Shown piece by piece: positions 14,025-25,358 of a DNA stretch of 64,000 bases (the stretch's first letter is position 1; the number at the start of each line of letters is the position of its first letter). The position numbers were made by a program, and so were the translations under genes. The notes below the pieces were generated by a model. The model made no database searches and was not told the origin of the DNA. It worked only from the letters and a program-made list of their open reading frames with translations. The stretch comes from the human T2T-CHM13v2.0 reference genome, Homo sapiens, in the NCBI RefSeq assembly GCF_009914755.1, contig NC_060926.1; one strand, 5' to 3'.

Positions 14025-14520
14025 AGCAATGGTTCTCAAACTGTAAGAATTCCCCAGGGGTCCTGTTAAAATGCAGGTTTAATTCAACAGGTGGGGGGCC
14101 TGGGATTCTGCATCCCTAACCAGCTCCCAAGAGCTCAGGATACTACTGGTCCCCCAGCACACTTTGGGCTGTGAGGCACGGGCAGCGGTTCTCAGCCTGG
14201 GGGTCAGAGTCCCCTGGGGGCCTGACCTCAGAGTCCCTGGAGTGCTTGTTAAAATGCAGGTCTCTTTCTGGCCCCCTCCCACTCAGAGTTCTGATTCACG
14301 CGCTTGAGGGACCTGGGAATCTGCATTTCCAACACGTCTCTAGGTGGTGCTGGGCAGGTCCAGGGCCACCATCTCAAGCAGTGGCTCTTAACCTTGGTGG
14401 CACATTGGGACCACGTGGGAGCTTTTGAATAGTCAGGATTTCCAGCCTCCTAACGTGAGATTCTGATTTAATGGGTCCAGGTCTCGGTGGTTTTGAAATT
14501 TCTCCAGGTGACTCTGCAGG
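14025..14520. mobile_element. Three adjacent MER5-family (hAT-Charlie) DNA transposons
   Basis: Three successive CAG(C/T)GGTTCTCA-like starts near 14025, 14183 and 14378. The first two carry gttaaaatgcag and (att/aat)ctgcat MER5 motifs; the third carries gattctgatttaat. Confidence 0.7.
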
Positions 14521-14944
14521 GTCTCTGCTCCCCAGCCCCAGCTCCTGCCCCTGCCCCGCACAGTCCCCACCCATCGTGGATGCATCGGAGGCCTCTGGAA
14601 GTCTCGTCTACCTGGGGCGAGAACATGCTCACACACACAAGACTGTCTTGGTGGGCACTGGTGGGTCCCAAGCCAACCAGGCAGAGCCGGGCTGCGGGCG
14701 CCGCTGGCAGTGCAGAGATCGGGTGGTCTCTGGTGCCCCCTGCTGTCCAGCTCGGGAACACCAAGCCTGGGCTATCGCGGATGTCACTGAGCCTGGGGTG
14801 GCCGGGCCTGTGCCCAGCCCACCTCTGTTTCCTGGAGGAACAGGCCAAGCACAGACACTTGTACATGATTTAAAGCCCTAAAGACACAGTCCCCCCGGAC
14901 ATGGGCTCTGGAGGGCTGTGCCTCCTGCGTGCTCCTCCCTGTCC

Positions 14945-15295
14945 CCTTGTCTTGGTCTTCACTGAATGCCACCGACTGGGCATTTATAAAGGACAGGGGT
15001 TTGTTCAGCTCACGCTTCTGGAGGCTGGAGAGTCCAAGCCTGGGCAGCCACCTTGGGGGAGGGCCTCGTGCTGCTCCACAGCATGGCTGGGAATCAAAGG
15101 GGCCCCCTGGCGAGAGGCAGCCGAGCTTGCCTTTATAACAGCCGCGCTCCCGAGAGGGTCGACCCACTCCCGACAGGAAGCACCAGCCCCTCTTCACGGA
15201 CAAACCCGTCCCAAAGGCCCCGTCACGACACCGCCATCATGGTGACCAGATTTGGACCTGTGTTCCGGAGCAGACAGGCCATATTCAAACCACTC
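14945..15295 (-). mobile_element. MaLR LTR (MLT1A/MSTD-like)
   Basis: gactgggcatttataaa..gctcacgcttctggaggctggagagtccaag..gagggcct..cagcatggc..ttcaaacca. Confidence 0.65.
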
Positions 15296-15574
15296 ACCCC
15301 TCGGCTGCCAGGGAGGCTTCTGGCAAGTCCACGCTGCTCCCACGTCTGGCCTCAGAGCCCAGGCTCCTGCTGCTGACTCACTTCCCAGCTCCTCTCTCTC
15401 CAGCCCGCCATCAGGGCCCCAGGAACGTGCCCCCTGCTTCGGCACTGGGGCTCTGCTTGCTGCCTGGAACCTGTCCACCCCTCCCAGCAGCCCCACTGAT
15501 CACATCAGTTCCTCTGCTCACCTGTCTGTCCCATAAGTACAGCCTCCTCCCAGGACCCTCGGGCAGCCTCCTCC

Positions 15575-15875
15575 ACTCCCACCCCAGCCCCCATCCCTCT
15601 GTTCCCTGTCCTTGTTGTCCTCGGTCCCAGCAGGTGACACAGCCTCCTTGCAGCAGCCCACCCCCGCCCCCATCACCCTGTCCCATGTCCTCGGTCCCAG
15701 CAGGGAACGCGGCCTCCTCGCAGCCCATCCCAGCCCCTGTCACCCTGTCCTGTGTCCTTGGCATCCTCGGTCTCAATGGGGGACATGGCCTCTCCTTACG
15801 GCCCACCCCGCCCCCATCCCCCTGGCCCATGTCCTTGGTGTCCTCGGTCTCAGCAAGGGATGCGGCCTCCTGCCT
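15575..15875. repeat. Degenerate C-rich tandem repeat (~60-70 bp, 4-5 copies)
   Basis: Recurring cccc(a/g)ccccatc(a/c)ccctg..tgtcctcggtc(c/t)cagcagg..gcggcctcc. Confidence 0.65.
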
Positions 15876-16761
15876 GGCTGTGTCCTGCCTGCCTCCTCTC
15901 CGAACCTGTGTTAGTGCCTGGTCCAGGTCCACCCAGCCAGTCAGTGTCAGAGCCCACCGTGCCTGCAGGCCGACCACCCTGCTGTCCTCGCTGAGCCACA
16001 GGGAACGCGGCCCTCCCCACCCTCACTGCCCACTTGCTTCTCAGCTGCTGTCTTCTGCCCCCTCCATAAACCCGAGGACAGAGCCCAGGTACCCAAGGAG
16101 TAAGGATAAGGGCGCCCTCTGACAGTCACCTACGTGGGTTCCCAACCCCACCGGTGCCGATTGTCCTTGTTATTTTAATAAAATAACGAAATGTCTTGAT
16201 TTCTAATGAACATGAAAAGAAAGAGCTTTTTGGATTAAAACTAAGCTGACTTGGAGAGGCCTACTTACAGTAAAAATCACGAAAAACTGTCTAATTAGAT
16301 GTGGGTGTGACAGCTTTAAAAGATTAGAACCAAAGTAGTGAAAATCCAGCTGGACCTGACTTTGGATTGCAGATCACGGGCGTCCGAAGGCTCCGTTCTC
16401 GGGAAACCAAGCTGGGAATGAGGAGGGGACGTGGCGGAGGCGCACCCCAGGGGCGCTGTTCTCACCGGATTCTGCACAGCTGGGCCTCCTGGGGTACCAT
16501 GCATGGCAGGAGATGGTCAGAGAAAAGCCCCCCGCATGTTACAAGACGGTCCCATAAAGATGGCAGATTTGAAAGCTAAACTATTTAAGGCCCATTTGCT
16601 GCTTCTTTTAAAAAAAGATATAATTCCTTCCTTTAACCAACTCAGAATTCCTGACCAGGTCCCAGTTCAGGGCCTGAGAGGCTTCTCCTGAAACAAAGGG
16701 GAATCTGGCCTGGGGTCGAGTGGGGCTGGGGTTGTGGGGGGCCCTTGGGACCCTGGTCGTC

Positions 16762-16949
16762 CTGAAAAAAATACAAGATGCCATGTTAGATGTAAATTTC
16801 AAATAATTAATGAATACTTTTTTTAGTATAAGTGTGTCCCAAATATTGCCAGGGACATATTTATACTGATAAGCATCCTTGTTTAACTGAAATTCCAATT
16901 TTACCTGTTTTTCTTTCTTTTTCTTTTTCTGCCAAATCTGGTAACCCTG
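16762..16949. mobile_element. MER53 palindromic DNA transposon (MITE-like)
   Basis: Central palindrome tagtataagtgtgtccc-aaatattgcca-gggacatatttatactg and terminus aaatctggtaaccctg, matching MER53 as I recall it. Confidence 0.8.
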
Positions 16950-17772
16950 TGCAGGACAGAAGCATGTGGACCCGCCTGGCCCCTGGCTCCATGCCCAGGT
17001 CTGGCCAAAAGCCAAGGCTTTGAGCACAGGCTGGCGGGGAGAAGGGGCTCCAGGCCCCCGACCACCAGCGTGGCCCTAGCCCTGGGGGCAAGGCGGGCAG
17101 CTCCCCACGCCCACGAGGGTCTTTTCTGAGATGCTTCCTCCTGGAACTCTAGGGTCATGGTCATTACACGATGTGAGCAGATGGGCTGCAGCCCTGAGCC
17201 TCCCTGTCAGCTGAGGCCCCTGGCCCAGGGACTTATGGCTGTCTGGAGCTGGTCCGGGCTGGGCTCATCACAGAGAGAAGCTGATAGAGCCAGAGAGGCG
17301 GGCAGGTCACTGCTGGCAGAGCCTTCTTCTCTCAGACTTGGAGCCAGGGATGGGGACACAGGGCAGAGGGAGCCCTCCCATGACTCAGGGAGAGAAGCAC
17401 CAGCTTTCCAGGTGGGCTGTGACAGGTGCCTGAATCCCACGACAGGACCCACACTCCACATGCCATGACACAGGCACCTGAGGACCCTGCGCTGCTTGGT
17501 GGAAACATCACCGAGAGGCCAGCCAGGGCCCCAGCGCCTTGGTGAAGCAGGAGGAATCTCCACGGGCACAAGGCTGGGCTGGGGTGGCCTGGCCTGGCTG
17601 CGCGGGAGGAAAGGGACCTGGGAAAGGGAAGGGCCCACGGCCCCCACACCCTTGGAGCAAGAGAAGGCGGGAGACACCCACTCATCTTCCTCTTTCCAGA
17701 GGACCCAGAGCCTCCAACAGCCACACCCAGACACTGCATCAACATTTAGCCAGTGTTGTCTTAGCCTGAAGA

Positions 17773-19075
17773 ATGTGTGTGTGTGTGTGCGCGTGTGCAT
17801 GTCCATGTGTGAGGTGGTGTGTGTATGTCTGTGCACACGTATGTGCATGTGTGTTTGTGTTTGTGTGCTTGAATGCATGTGTGGGATGTGTGGGTGTGGC
17901 ATGTGCATGGGTGTATGTCTGTGTATTGTGTGTGTGGGGGGGCCTGCATGAGTGTGCTGTGTGCTATGTGGGTGGGGTCTGGGATGTGTACTTGTATGTG
18001 TGCATGTCTGTGTATTGTGTGGGGGGGCCTGCTTGTGTGTGCTGTGTGCTCTGTTGGTGGGGTGTGTGTATGTGTGCATGCATGTGTACTGTGTCCATGT
18101 GCATGTGTGTGCTGTGTGCTCTGTCGGTGGGGTGTAGGTTGTGTGTGTGTGTACTGTGTCTGTGTGCATGTGTGTGGTGTGTGTTAAGTGGGTGGGTGTG
18201 GGGTGTGGGGTGTGGGGTGTGTGTGTACTCTGTTATTGTGCATGTGTGTGTCCGTGTGCATGTGTGTGTTGTGTGCTGTGTGTGTGGTATGTGTGTGCAT
18301 GTGTGTGTCCATGTGCATGTGTGTGTTGTGTGCATGTGTGTGGTGTGTGCTATGTGTGTGTGGTGTGTGTGCATGTGTGTGTCCTTGTGCATGTGTGTGG
18401 TGTGTGTGTGTGTCCGTGTGCATGTGTGTGTCGTGTGCATGTGTGTGGTGTGTGCTATGTGAGTGTGGTGTGTGTGTGCATGTGTGTGGTGTGTGTGTGC
18501 GTGTGTGTGTCCTTGTGCATGTGTGTGTCGTGTGCTATGTGTGTGTGGTGTGTGTGTGCATGTGTGTGTCCGTGTGCATGTGTGTGGTGTGTGCTATGTG
18601 TGTGTGGTGTGTGTGTATGTGGCCGTGTGCATGTTTGTGGTGTGTGCTATGTGTGTGTGGTGTGTGTGTGCCTGTGTGTGTCCGTGTGCATGTGTGTGGT
18701 GTGTGCTATGTGTGTGTGGTGTGTGTGTGCGTGTGTGTGTCCGTGTGCATGTGTGTGGTGTGTGCTGTGTGTGGTGTGTGTGCGCGTGTGTGTCCGTGTG
18801 CATGTGTGTGTCGTGTGCTATGTGTGTGTGGTGCGTGTGAGTGTGTGTCCGTGTGCATGTATGTGGTGTGTGCTATGTGTGTGTGGTGTGTGTGTGCCTG
18901 TGTGTGTCCGTGTGCATGTGTGTGGTGTGTGCTATGTGTGTGTGGTGTGTGTGTGCGTGTGTGTGTCCGTGTGCAAGTGTGTGGTGTGTGCTATGTGTGT
19001 GTGGTTTGTGTGTCCGTGTGCATGTGTGTACCCATGTGCGTGTGTGACATGTGTGGTTTGTTGCATGGGCATGTG
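17773..19075 (+). repeat. 1.3-kb (GT)-rich composite tandem repeat with a ~53-59-bp higher-order unit
   Basis: GT dinucleotide tract punctuated by recurring ccgtgtgcatgtgtgtggtgtgtgctatgtgtgtgtggtgtg. Confidence 0.97.
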
Positions 19076-20054
19076 CTCTACCTGGGAAGTGACCCAGGCA
19101 GTGGGAATGTAGTACTGGGAGCAAGACAGCAGGGAAGGAGAAACAGGGTGAGTCGCGGGCTTGGTGCTGCTGCGGGCAGCGGGGGCATGCCCCGGGGCTT
19201 CTGATCCTCAGCCTAGAAGGAGGCGTGTGTATCCACTCCACTGTCTCCCATCTCCACTGGCGGGGGGCTGCCCCATGGGATAAACTCCCCCACTTCCTGT
19301 TTGGGGTGCCTACTGGGCTGCTGCAGGCTTCCAGAGCAGTTATCTCAGAGAAGTCAGGGAGGAAGCATGAAGTAGGAGCAGGCGCTGCAGGTGAGGTGAG
19401 GACTGTGCCGCAGGGCAGGTGAGGCCTGGGCAGAGCGCATTGTTGTAGCTGAGGCTGGAGTTAGAGGGACCATGAGGAGTGAGGTGGACGAGGAGGTACC
19501 CCGATCCGTGCATCCCTCAGTCCTCCTGACATACGGGTCTCTGGGGACACGGGGGCCAGCTCCAAGGGGGACCCAGAGCCAAGCCAAAGATAGAGCACAA
19601 GAGACCTGCCTGCCAGAAGGCAGAGCGTGACCCTCGGAAGGCCATCAGTTACCTCCTTGTTTGATCAGATAGGTAGATACTTGCTTCAGGTGACCCGTCC
19701 CTGGGTGGGAGTGGGGAGGTGGGTCTCTTCCCACAACAGCATCACCGCTTGGTGAGAAAGGTCTGCGCCATTCCAGCTCACGTCCCCAGCAGCTGCTCTG
19801 TGCCACACCCCTCCATAGACTGTCCCCTGAAATCCTTGGCTCCCAGCAGGGTCAGCGCTGTTCTTATCGTCTGCATCTCCCTGGAGAGGAAACAGGCTCT
19901 ACAAGGGAAGGTACCTGCCCAGAGTGCACAGCCAAGACTGGAGTGGGATAATAAGCCCAGTCTCAGGGCAGCCCCAGCAGGTAAGGGTCAGACCACCCTT
20001 CCTGCCTCTCCCAAGACACTCCTCTGTCACCTGCACAGAGGCCCACTCAGAAGG

Positions 20055-20157
20055 CCTGGGCAGGGCCTGAGCCTCTGCATGGATGCCCTGGTCCTCCAAG
20101 AGCCCTGAGCAGGGCCTGAGCTTCTGCACAGATGCCCTGGTCCTCTGAAAGCCCTGG
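20055..20157. repeat. 49-bp tandem duplication
   Basis: cagggcctgagc(c/t)tctgca..gatgccctggtcctc at 20061 and 20110. Confidence 0.8.
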
Positions 20158-21709
20158 GACTGCAGGTTGCTGATGTCTCCCGAGGCCTCCCAGACAGAAC
20201 TGTGCGGCCCCTCCTGTGAGGCCAACTCTGTGAGTGCTGCTGCTTCCTCACTGCGGTGCAGGGGTCTGGGGCTCCGTCCGTCCAGGTGTCTGTCCATAAG
20301 AACGCCCAGGGGGCTCTCTAAGCCATGGCTCTCAAAGATAAACAGTGGCAAGACAACTGCAGCAGCTTACCAGGGGTACTCGATTCTAAATTTGCTCACA
20401 CTCTGGGTCCTCGACCATGGGGCCAGGACGCCAGCTTCCTGGAAGAGGAGAAGGCAGAGGAGCCCATAAGGACTTGGTTGGAAGGGAAGGGAGGTGCTCT
20501 CGTCCCAGCTCCTTGCCTCCTTCACAGCTGGCCAAGCACAAGGCTGAGACTCATGGGCAGCCCTTGGGGTGGGACCACCCACCCCTGGACATTTAGCAAA
20601 TGGGCATTTGGGATCTCCAAAAAGGAAGAAATTCCTATTGCACAACCCATACGGATTTGTCTAAGATAAACTTTTCTCCCTGCGTTAGTTTACCACCTGG
20701 AAAAAGATTCCCAAGGAACACAGGTGAGGAAGGGCTAGTTCCAGACCCAGCCCGGAAGGACACTGTCATCCTCTGTCACTGGACATGCGTCCCCTGCCCA
20801 TCCCCACAGTCACCCTGTGTGCCCACTGGCTCTTGCCATCCCCTCCTGAACCTGCCGATGTGGGTCCCAGTCCAGGGCAGGATGCCTGGAGACACAGAAA
20901 ATCAGGGTGTGCAGGGGAGGTTGGCCCCTGCCTGGTGACATCCATCTCTGCCTTTGGAGAGAGCTCAGCGGACTCGCAGTCAGCAGATACCTGGACAGAA
21001 GGAGACCTCCTCCACCCCTCCCTGTCTCCCCTGGGGGAAGGAGGAGCTGGGTCAGACCCTTGCTAAGGTCTTTCCAGGTTCTGATTATCTGGGCTTTCAA
21101 GAAACAGAAAGTCCTGAATGGGGATGGAAGTGCACTGGCACACCAGAACCAGGAGAGGGCAGCCCTGCGCAGGAAGCCTCGGCCCAAGGCCACAGGTCCC
21201 AGTGGGTGGGCAGGTGAGGTGGGGAGGGGAGCCTGCAAGCTCCCTGGGGCACTTGTGGTGCTGCGCTGCCTGTAGGTAAGGGTGGGGGGTCCAGGCGTCC
21301 CTATCCAGGTCTGTTGCCCAGCTCCTAGGGCCGTGCACTGACTGGTCCCACCTTGCAGATGAGAATGGAGGCTCAGAGGGGTGAAAACCCAATGGACGAG
21401 AGCTCTGGAGGTCCCCCCAGTTAGGTCCCTCCTCTGGGAGAGGCACTCTCCAACTTTGACCCCAGCCCCTCAAACCCAGCCTTCCCAGGCCGTTTTCCCA
21501 CTGGGGTAACTCAGCCAGACCCAAAGAAGTGCTCTAAACCATTTCCAGTTCAGGATCTTGGAGTGTCCTGGTTTCTTGTGAGATCTCAGGCCAGTTCCTG
21601 GGGTCTGGCAAGCGGGTGACAATGGCCAGGTTCACCCCACCCAGGCTGCATCACTCCTGCCCACCCAGAGCCCACACCCTGGAAAACCGCACCTGTCTCT
21701 GAGTCTCCA

Positions 21710-21922
21710 GAACACAGGGGTGGTAGGAGCCCTCTGCACCTGACTCTGAGTCCCCGGAACACAGGGGTGGTAGGAGCCCTCTGCACCTGACTCTGAGGCC
21801 CCGAAATGCAGGGGTGGTAGGAGCCCTCTGCACCTGACTCTGAGTCCCCGGAACACAGGGGTGGTAGGAGCCCTCTGCACCTGACTCTGAGGCCCCGAAA
21901 TGCAGGGGTGGAAGGAGCCCTG
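21710..21922. repeat. 47-bp minisatellite, ~4.5 copies
   Basis: caggggtggtaggagccctctgcacctgactctgag; the tgg(t/a)agg starts fall at 21721, 21768, 21815, 21862 and 21909. Confidence 0.95.
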
Positions 21923-22039
21923 GGCTGGGACTTTGCCAGAGCACCCTCCCACCTCTGGCCAGCTCCTTCCCAGCTGCTGCCACTTCACCCCTGAGCTGTG
22001 CTGAGACCACAGGTGTCTCATGTGAGAGCATCTTGGCTT

Positions 22040-22200
22040 CTGGGTCTGCCTCTTACTAGCTGTGGGACCCTGGGCAAGTTACTTAACACCTCTGTGCCTC
22101 AGTTTCCCCATCTGTTAAATGGTGGTGACCCTGGGTTGTGAAGGAAACTAAAGAAGAGGGGTCCCTGGCACACAAGAAGCCCTCAACAAAGATACGCCTC
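22040..22200. mobile_element. MIR
   Basis: ttactagctgtgggaccctgggcaagttacttaacacctctgtgcctcagtttccccatctgttaaatgg. Confidence 0.85.
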
Positions 22201-22899
22201 GTTGTTGTCAGAGCTCACCGTCTGCAGCTCATATCACCTCCACCTCCCAGGCAGTGACACACGAGGCCCTGCAGTGGCCAGTGGAGACTGGGACTCGGGA
22301 GTCTTCCCAGCCCTATGATGCTTCTGAGAGGAGTCACTGCCACCTCTCAGAGGCGGGGGACACTCCACTGGGTCACAGCTCGGGGTCTGCCCCTAGCTGG
22401 GGTGGGTAGAAGGACTTGTGACTTGTACTCCGATGGGGTGGGGCGTGAGCCTCGAGGAGAGGGGGCCTCAGAAGGATCCTTGCAGGGAGAAATGCGACGG
22501 TTCTTCCACCCCACCAAGAAGACGTGTGAGAGACACCAGGCGGACGTGCAGGGAGGGAGGGGCTGAGCCTCCTAGGCTGGCTCATGCCCCAGGCTTGGAA
22601 GGGATCCCTACCGGTGAGTCTGGCCAGGCTGTGACAGGCTATGCGACTGGGCAGGACACTCACCATCTCCATACCTCAGCTTCCATATCTGAGAAGAGTA
22701 AAACAATAGGATTGTGTCCAGGAAGCTCCTGGCATGTGGCGTCAGCTCTCAGTGATATCCACAAGGTTCAAGGTACAAGCCTGCATTTAGGGAGGATGGG
22801 GGAAACACGGTGGCAGGATCGGGGTTAGAAAGCACTGGCGTTAGACAGCATCGGCTGAGACAGCACTGGGGTTAGACAGACGTTCTGTCCATGAAACAA

Positions 22900-24100
22900 A
22901 ATGGGAGGCTACAATGAAAGCTGCATTCTGAAACAAGGAACATTACTGGCCATTGAAAATGCAATAATCTAAATTTTAAAAATTAGCAGAAAGGTAAGAA
23001 GACAGCAAAAGTCTCTCCTAAAATAGAACAAAAAGACAAAATATGGAAAATTGCTGAGAAAAGTAGAAACATTAGAGGCTCAACTCAGCAGAGCCAATGT
23101 CCACAGCAATCATGAAAATATAGCAAGTCTCCTTCCGGCGAAGGAGAATAGCGTCTCTGATGACCAGGCTCACTCTCTGCCCTTTTCCTCTCTTCCTTTT
23201 TCTCTTGCTCTGTCTCTGAAGTCAGAATCCTCACTCTGGGAGAGGCCAGAAGAGGAAAAAACCCACAAGAAGGCACAGCTTTGGACCTTTCAGGACACTG
23301 GAAACCAAATAAAAGCTTACAGGTATCCAACCTGCAAGGGCAGATCACATAAAAAAGGCAGGAACTCAAAAAGCATCAGGTCCCTCCATGGTCACACTGG
23401 AAGCTGGGACGTATGGCAAGATGCCCTGAGTACTTCAGAGAGAACCTAGAATATCACACCTAAAAAGTGACCAGTCCACCATTAGGATTGAAAAGGGTAT
23501 TTTCAGACCTACTGGGACTCAACATTTTATTTCCCATGTTCCCTTTCTTAAGACTCTACTAGAACTGTGTTTGGGTGACATAGTGTACAGAGAAACTATA
23601 CGATACAGAAAACAGGTTGCACAACTCAGACGAGAGGTGAAGGGAGTCCCCCAGAGTGGCAGGTACAACTCAGGTCCAGAGAATCAAGACTCCAGAGGAA
23701 GGGGCAAAGGTCCGAAGAGGGAAATTGCCAGGAGAAAAGGAAAATGGAAACAATGGATTATCTGGTGTATTTCAGCGTTTGAAAATGTATTGCTGACATT
23801 TGAGAATTCTGTTAAAACATTTGGAATATAAATAGGCACATAGAAAGCTAACTTTTTGTTTTTAAATAAAAGCAAGGCAATAACTAACTCCAGGAAAATA
23901 AAAATGTGCTCAGAAAGAAATACCATTAGAATGCACTACCTAGCTCAGTGTTATGTTTTACTTACATGATCATGATCCCATGAGGCATGAATATTGATTT
24001 AACCCAAACCATGATATAGCTATACTGGGAGGAAGAGGAAATGAAAATCAGTGTGAGACAGCAACAATTCAACAGATAAGGTCTAAGATGACAAAGAGAG
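22900..24100 (+). mobile_element. Highly decayed L1/HAL1-like sequence
   Basis: A-rich, purine-biased segment with L1 ORF1/HAL1-like character. The family is not determined. Confidence 0.4.
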
Positions 24101-24104
24101 AGTG

Positions 24105-24622
24105 GTGCATTAGTTACCTATTTCAGAGTAACAAATTACTCCCAAAACACATTGGCTCTAGAAAACAGACCCCAAATCACAAGTGTTTATTAGTTCATGA
24201 GTGGGTCAGGAATCCAGGCACAAGACCACTGGGTCTTCTGACTCAGTGTCTCTTGCAGGTTATCAGCTGGAGGACAGTCACCTGAAGGCATGACTGGGGA
24301 AAGATCCACTTCACTCACATGCCTGTCACCAGGATTCAGATCCCTAATGCCTGGTGGCCTCCTTGCCACATGGCCTCTCCATAGGGCCGCTCCCATCAGG
24401 GCCACTGGCCTCTCCCAGAGTGAGGGTTGTGACTTCAGAGAGGGACAAGAGGGGGAGAGCAAGATGGAAGTCTTTTTGTAACCCGTTACATTTGCCATAC
24501 TCCACACAGTTGATCCATCATGACGCCCTGCCCTCACTCAAGGGGAGAGAATTATACAAGGGTGTGAACACCAGGAGCCAGAGGTCAGTGGGGACCATTG
24601 CGAGGGCTCCCTTCACTGGAGA
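24105..24622 (-). mobile_element. MaLR LTR (MLT1)
   Basis: tgcattagttaccta..gtaacaaattac..ccaaaac..gggtcaggaatccag..gactggggaaagatccacttc..ggcctctccatagg. Confidence 0.75.
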
Positions 24623-24623
24623 T

Positions 24624-25358
24624 GTGTATTGGTCAGGGTTTTCCAGAGAAACAGAACAAATAGAATATCAGTAGGATGTGTGTGTGTGTGGAGAGAGAGA
24701 GAGACTTATTTAAGGAATTAATCCATGCAATTGTGGAGGCTGGCAAACTCAAAAGTCCATAGAGCAGGCAGCAGGCTGGAGACCCAGGGAAGAGCTGAGG
24801 TTGCCATCTTGGGTATAAAGACTGTTTGGAGGCAGAATTCCTTCTCTGGGGAAACTCAGTCTTTTCTCTTAAAGCCTTCAACTAATTGGATGAGGGCCAC
24901 TCCCATTATAAAGAGGGATCTGTTTTAATCAGTCAACCGATGTAAATGTTAATCTCATTTTTTTTTTTTTTTTTAGATGGAGTCTCGCTCTCTTGCCCTG
25001 GCTGGAGTGCAGTGGTGTGATCTCAGCTCACTGCAAGCTCTGACTCCCTGATTCAAGAGATTCTCCTGCCTCAGCCTCTCGAGAAGCTGGGATTACAGGC
25101 ATGTGCCACCACGCCCAGTTAATTTTTGTATTTTTAGTAGAGACAGAGTTTGACCTTGTTGGCCAGGCTGGTCTTGATGTCCTGACCTGGTGATCCGCCC
25201 GCCTCAGCCTCCCAAAGTGCTGGGATAACAGGCATGAGCCACCGTGCCTGGACAATCTCATTTTTAAAATGCCTTTGCATTGACATCTAGACAGGGGTTT
25301 GGCCAAACAGCTGGGTACCACAGACTTGCCCAGTTGACACATAAAATTAATGCCATTA
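24624..25358 (-). mobile_element. ERVL LTR (MLT2) interrupted by an Alu
   Basis: tgtattggtcagggttttccagagaaacagaac at one end and cagttgacacataaaattaa at the other, with an internal (GT)n(GA)n tract. Confidence 0.8.
24963..25253 (-). mobile_element. Full-length AluS with target-site duplication
   Basis: PolyT plus a full Alu dimer. TSD aatctcattttt at 24951-24962 and 25254-25265. Confidence 0.96.

Noticed and set aside
17207-19241. Long Cys/Val-rich and His/Thr-rich ORFs (up to 338 aa) resembling metallothionein or keratin-associated proteins
   Set aside because: These are translations of a GT/CA repeat that rarely contains stop codons, and they are open in most frames.
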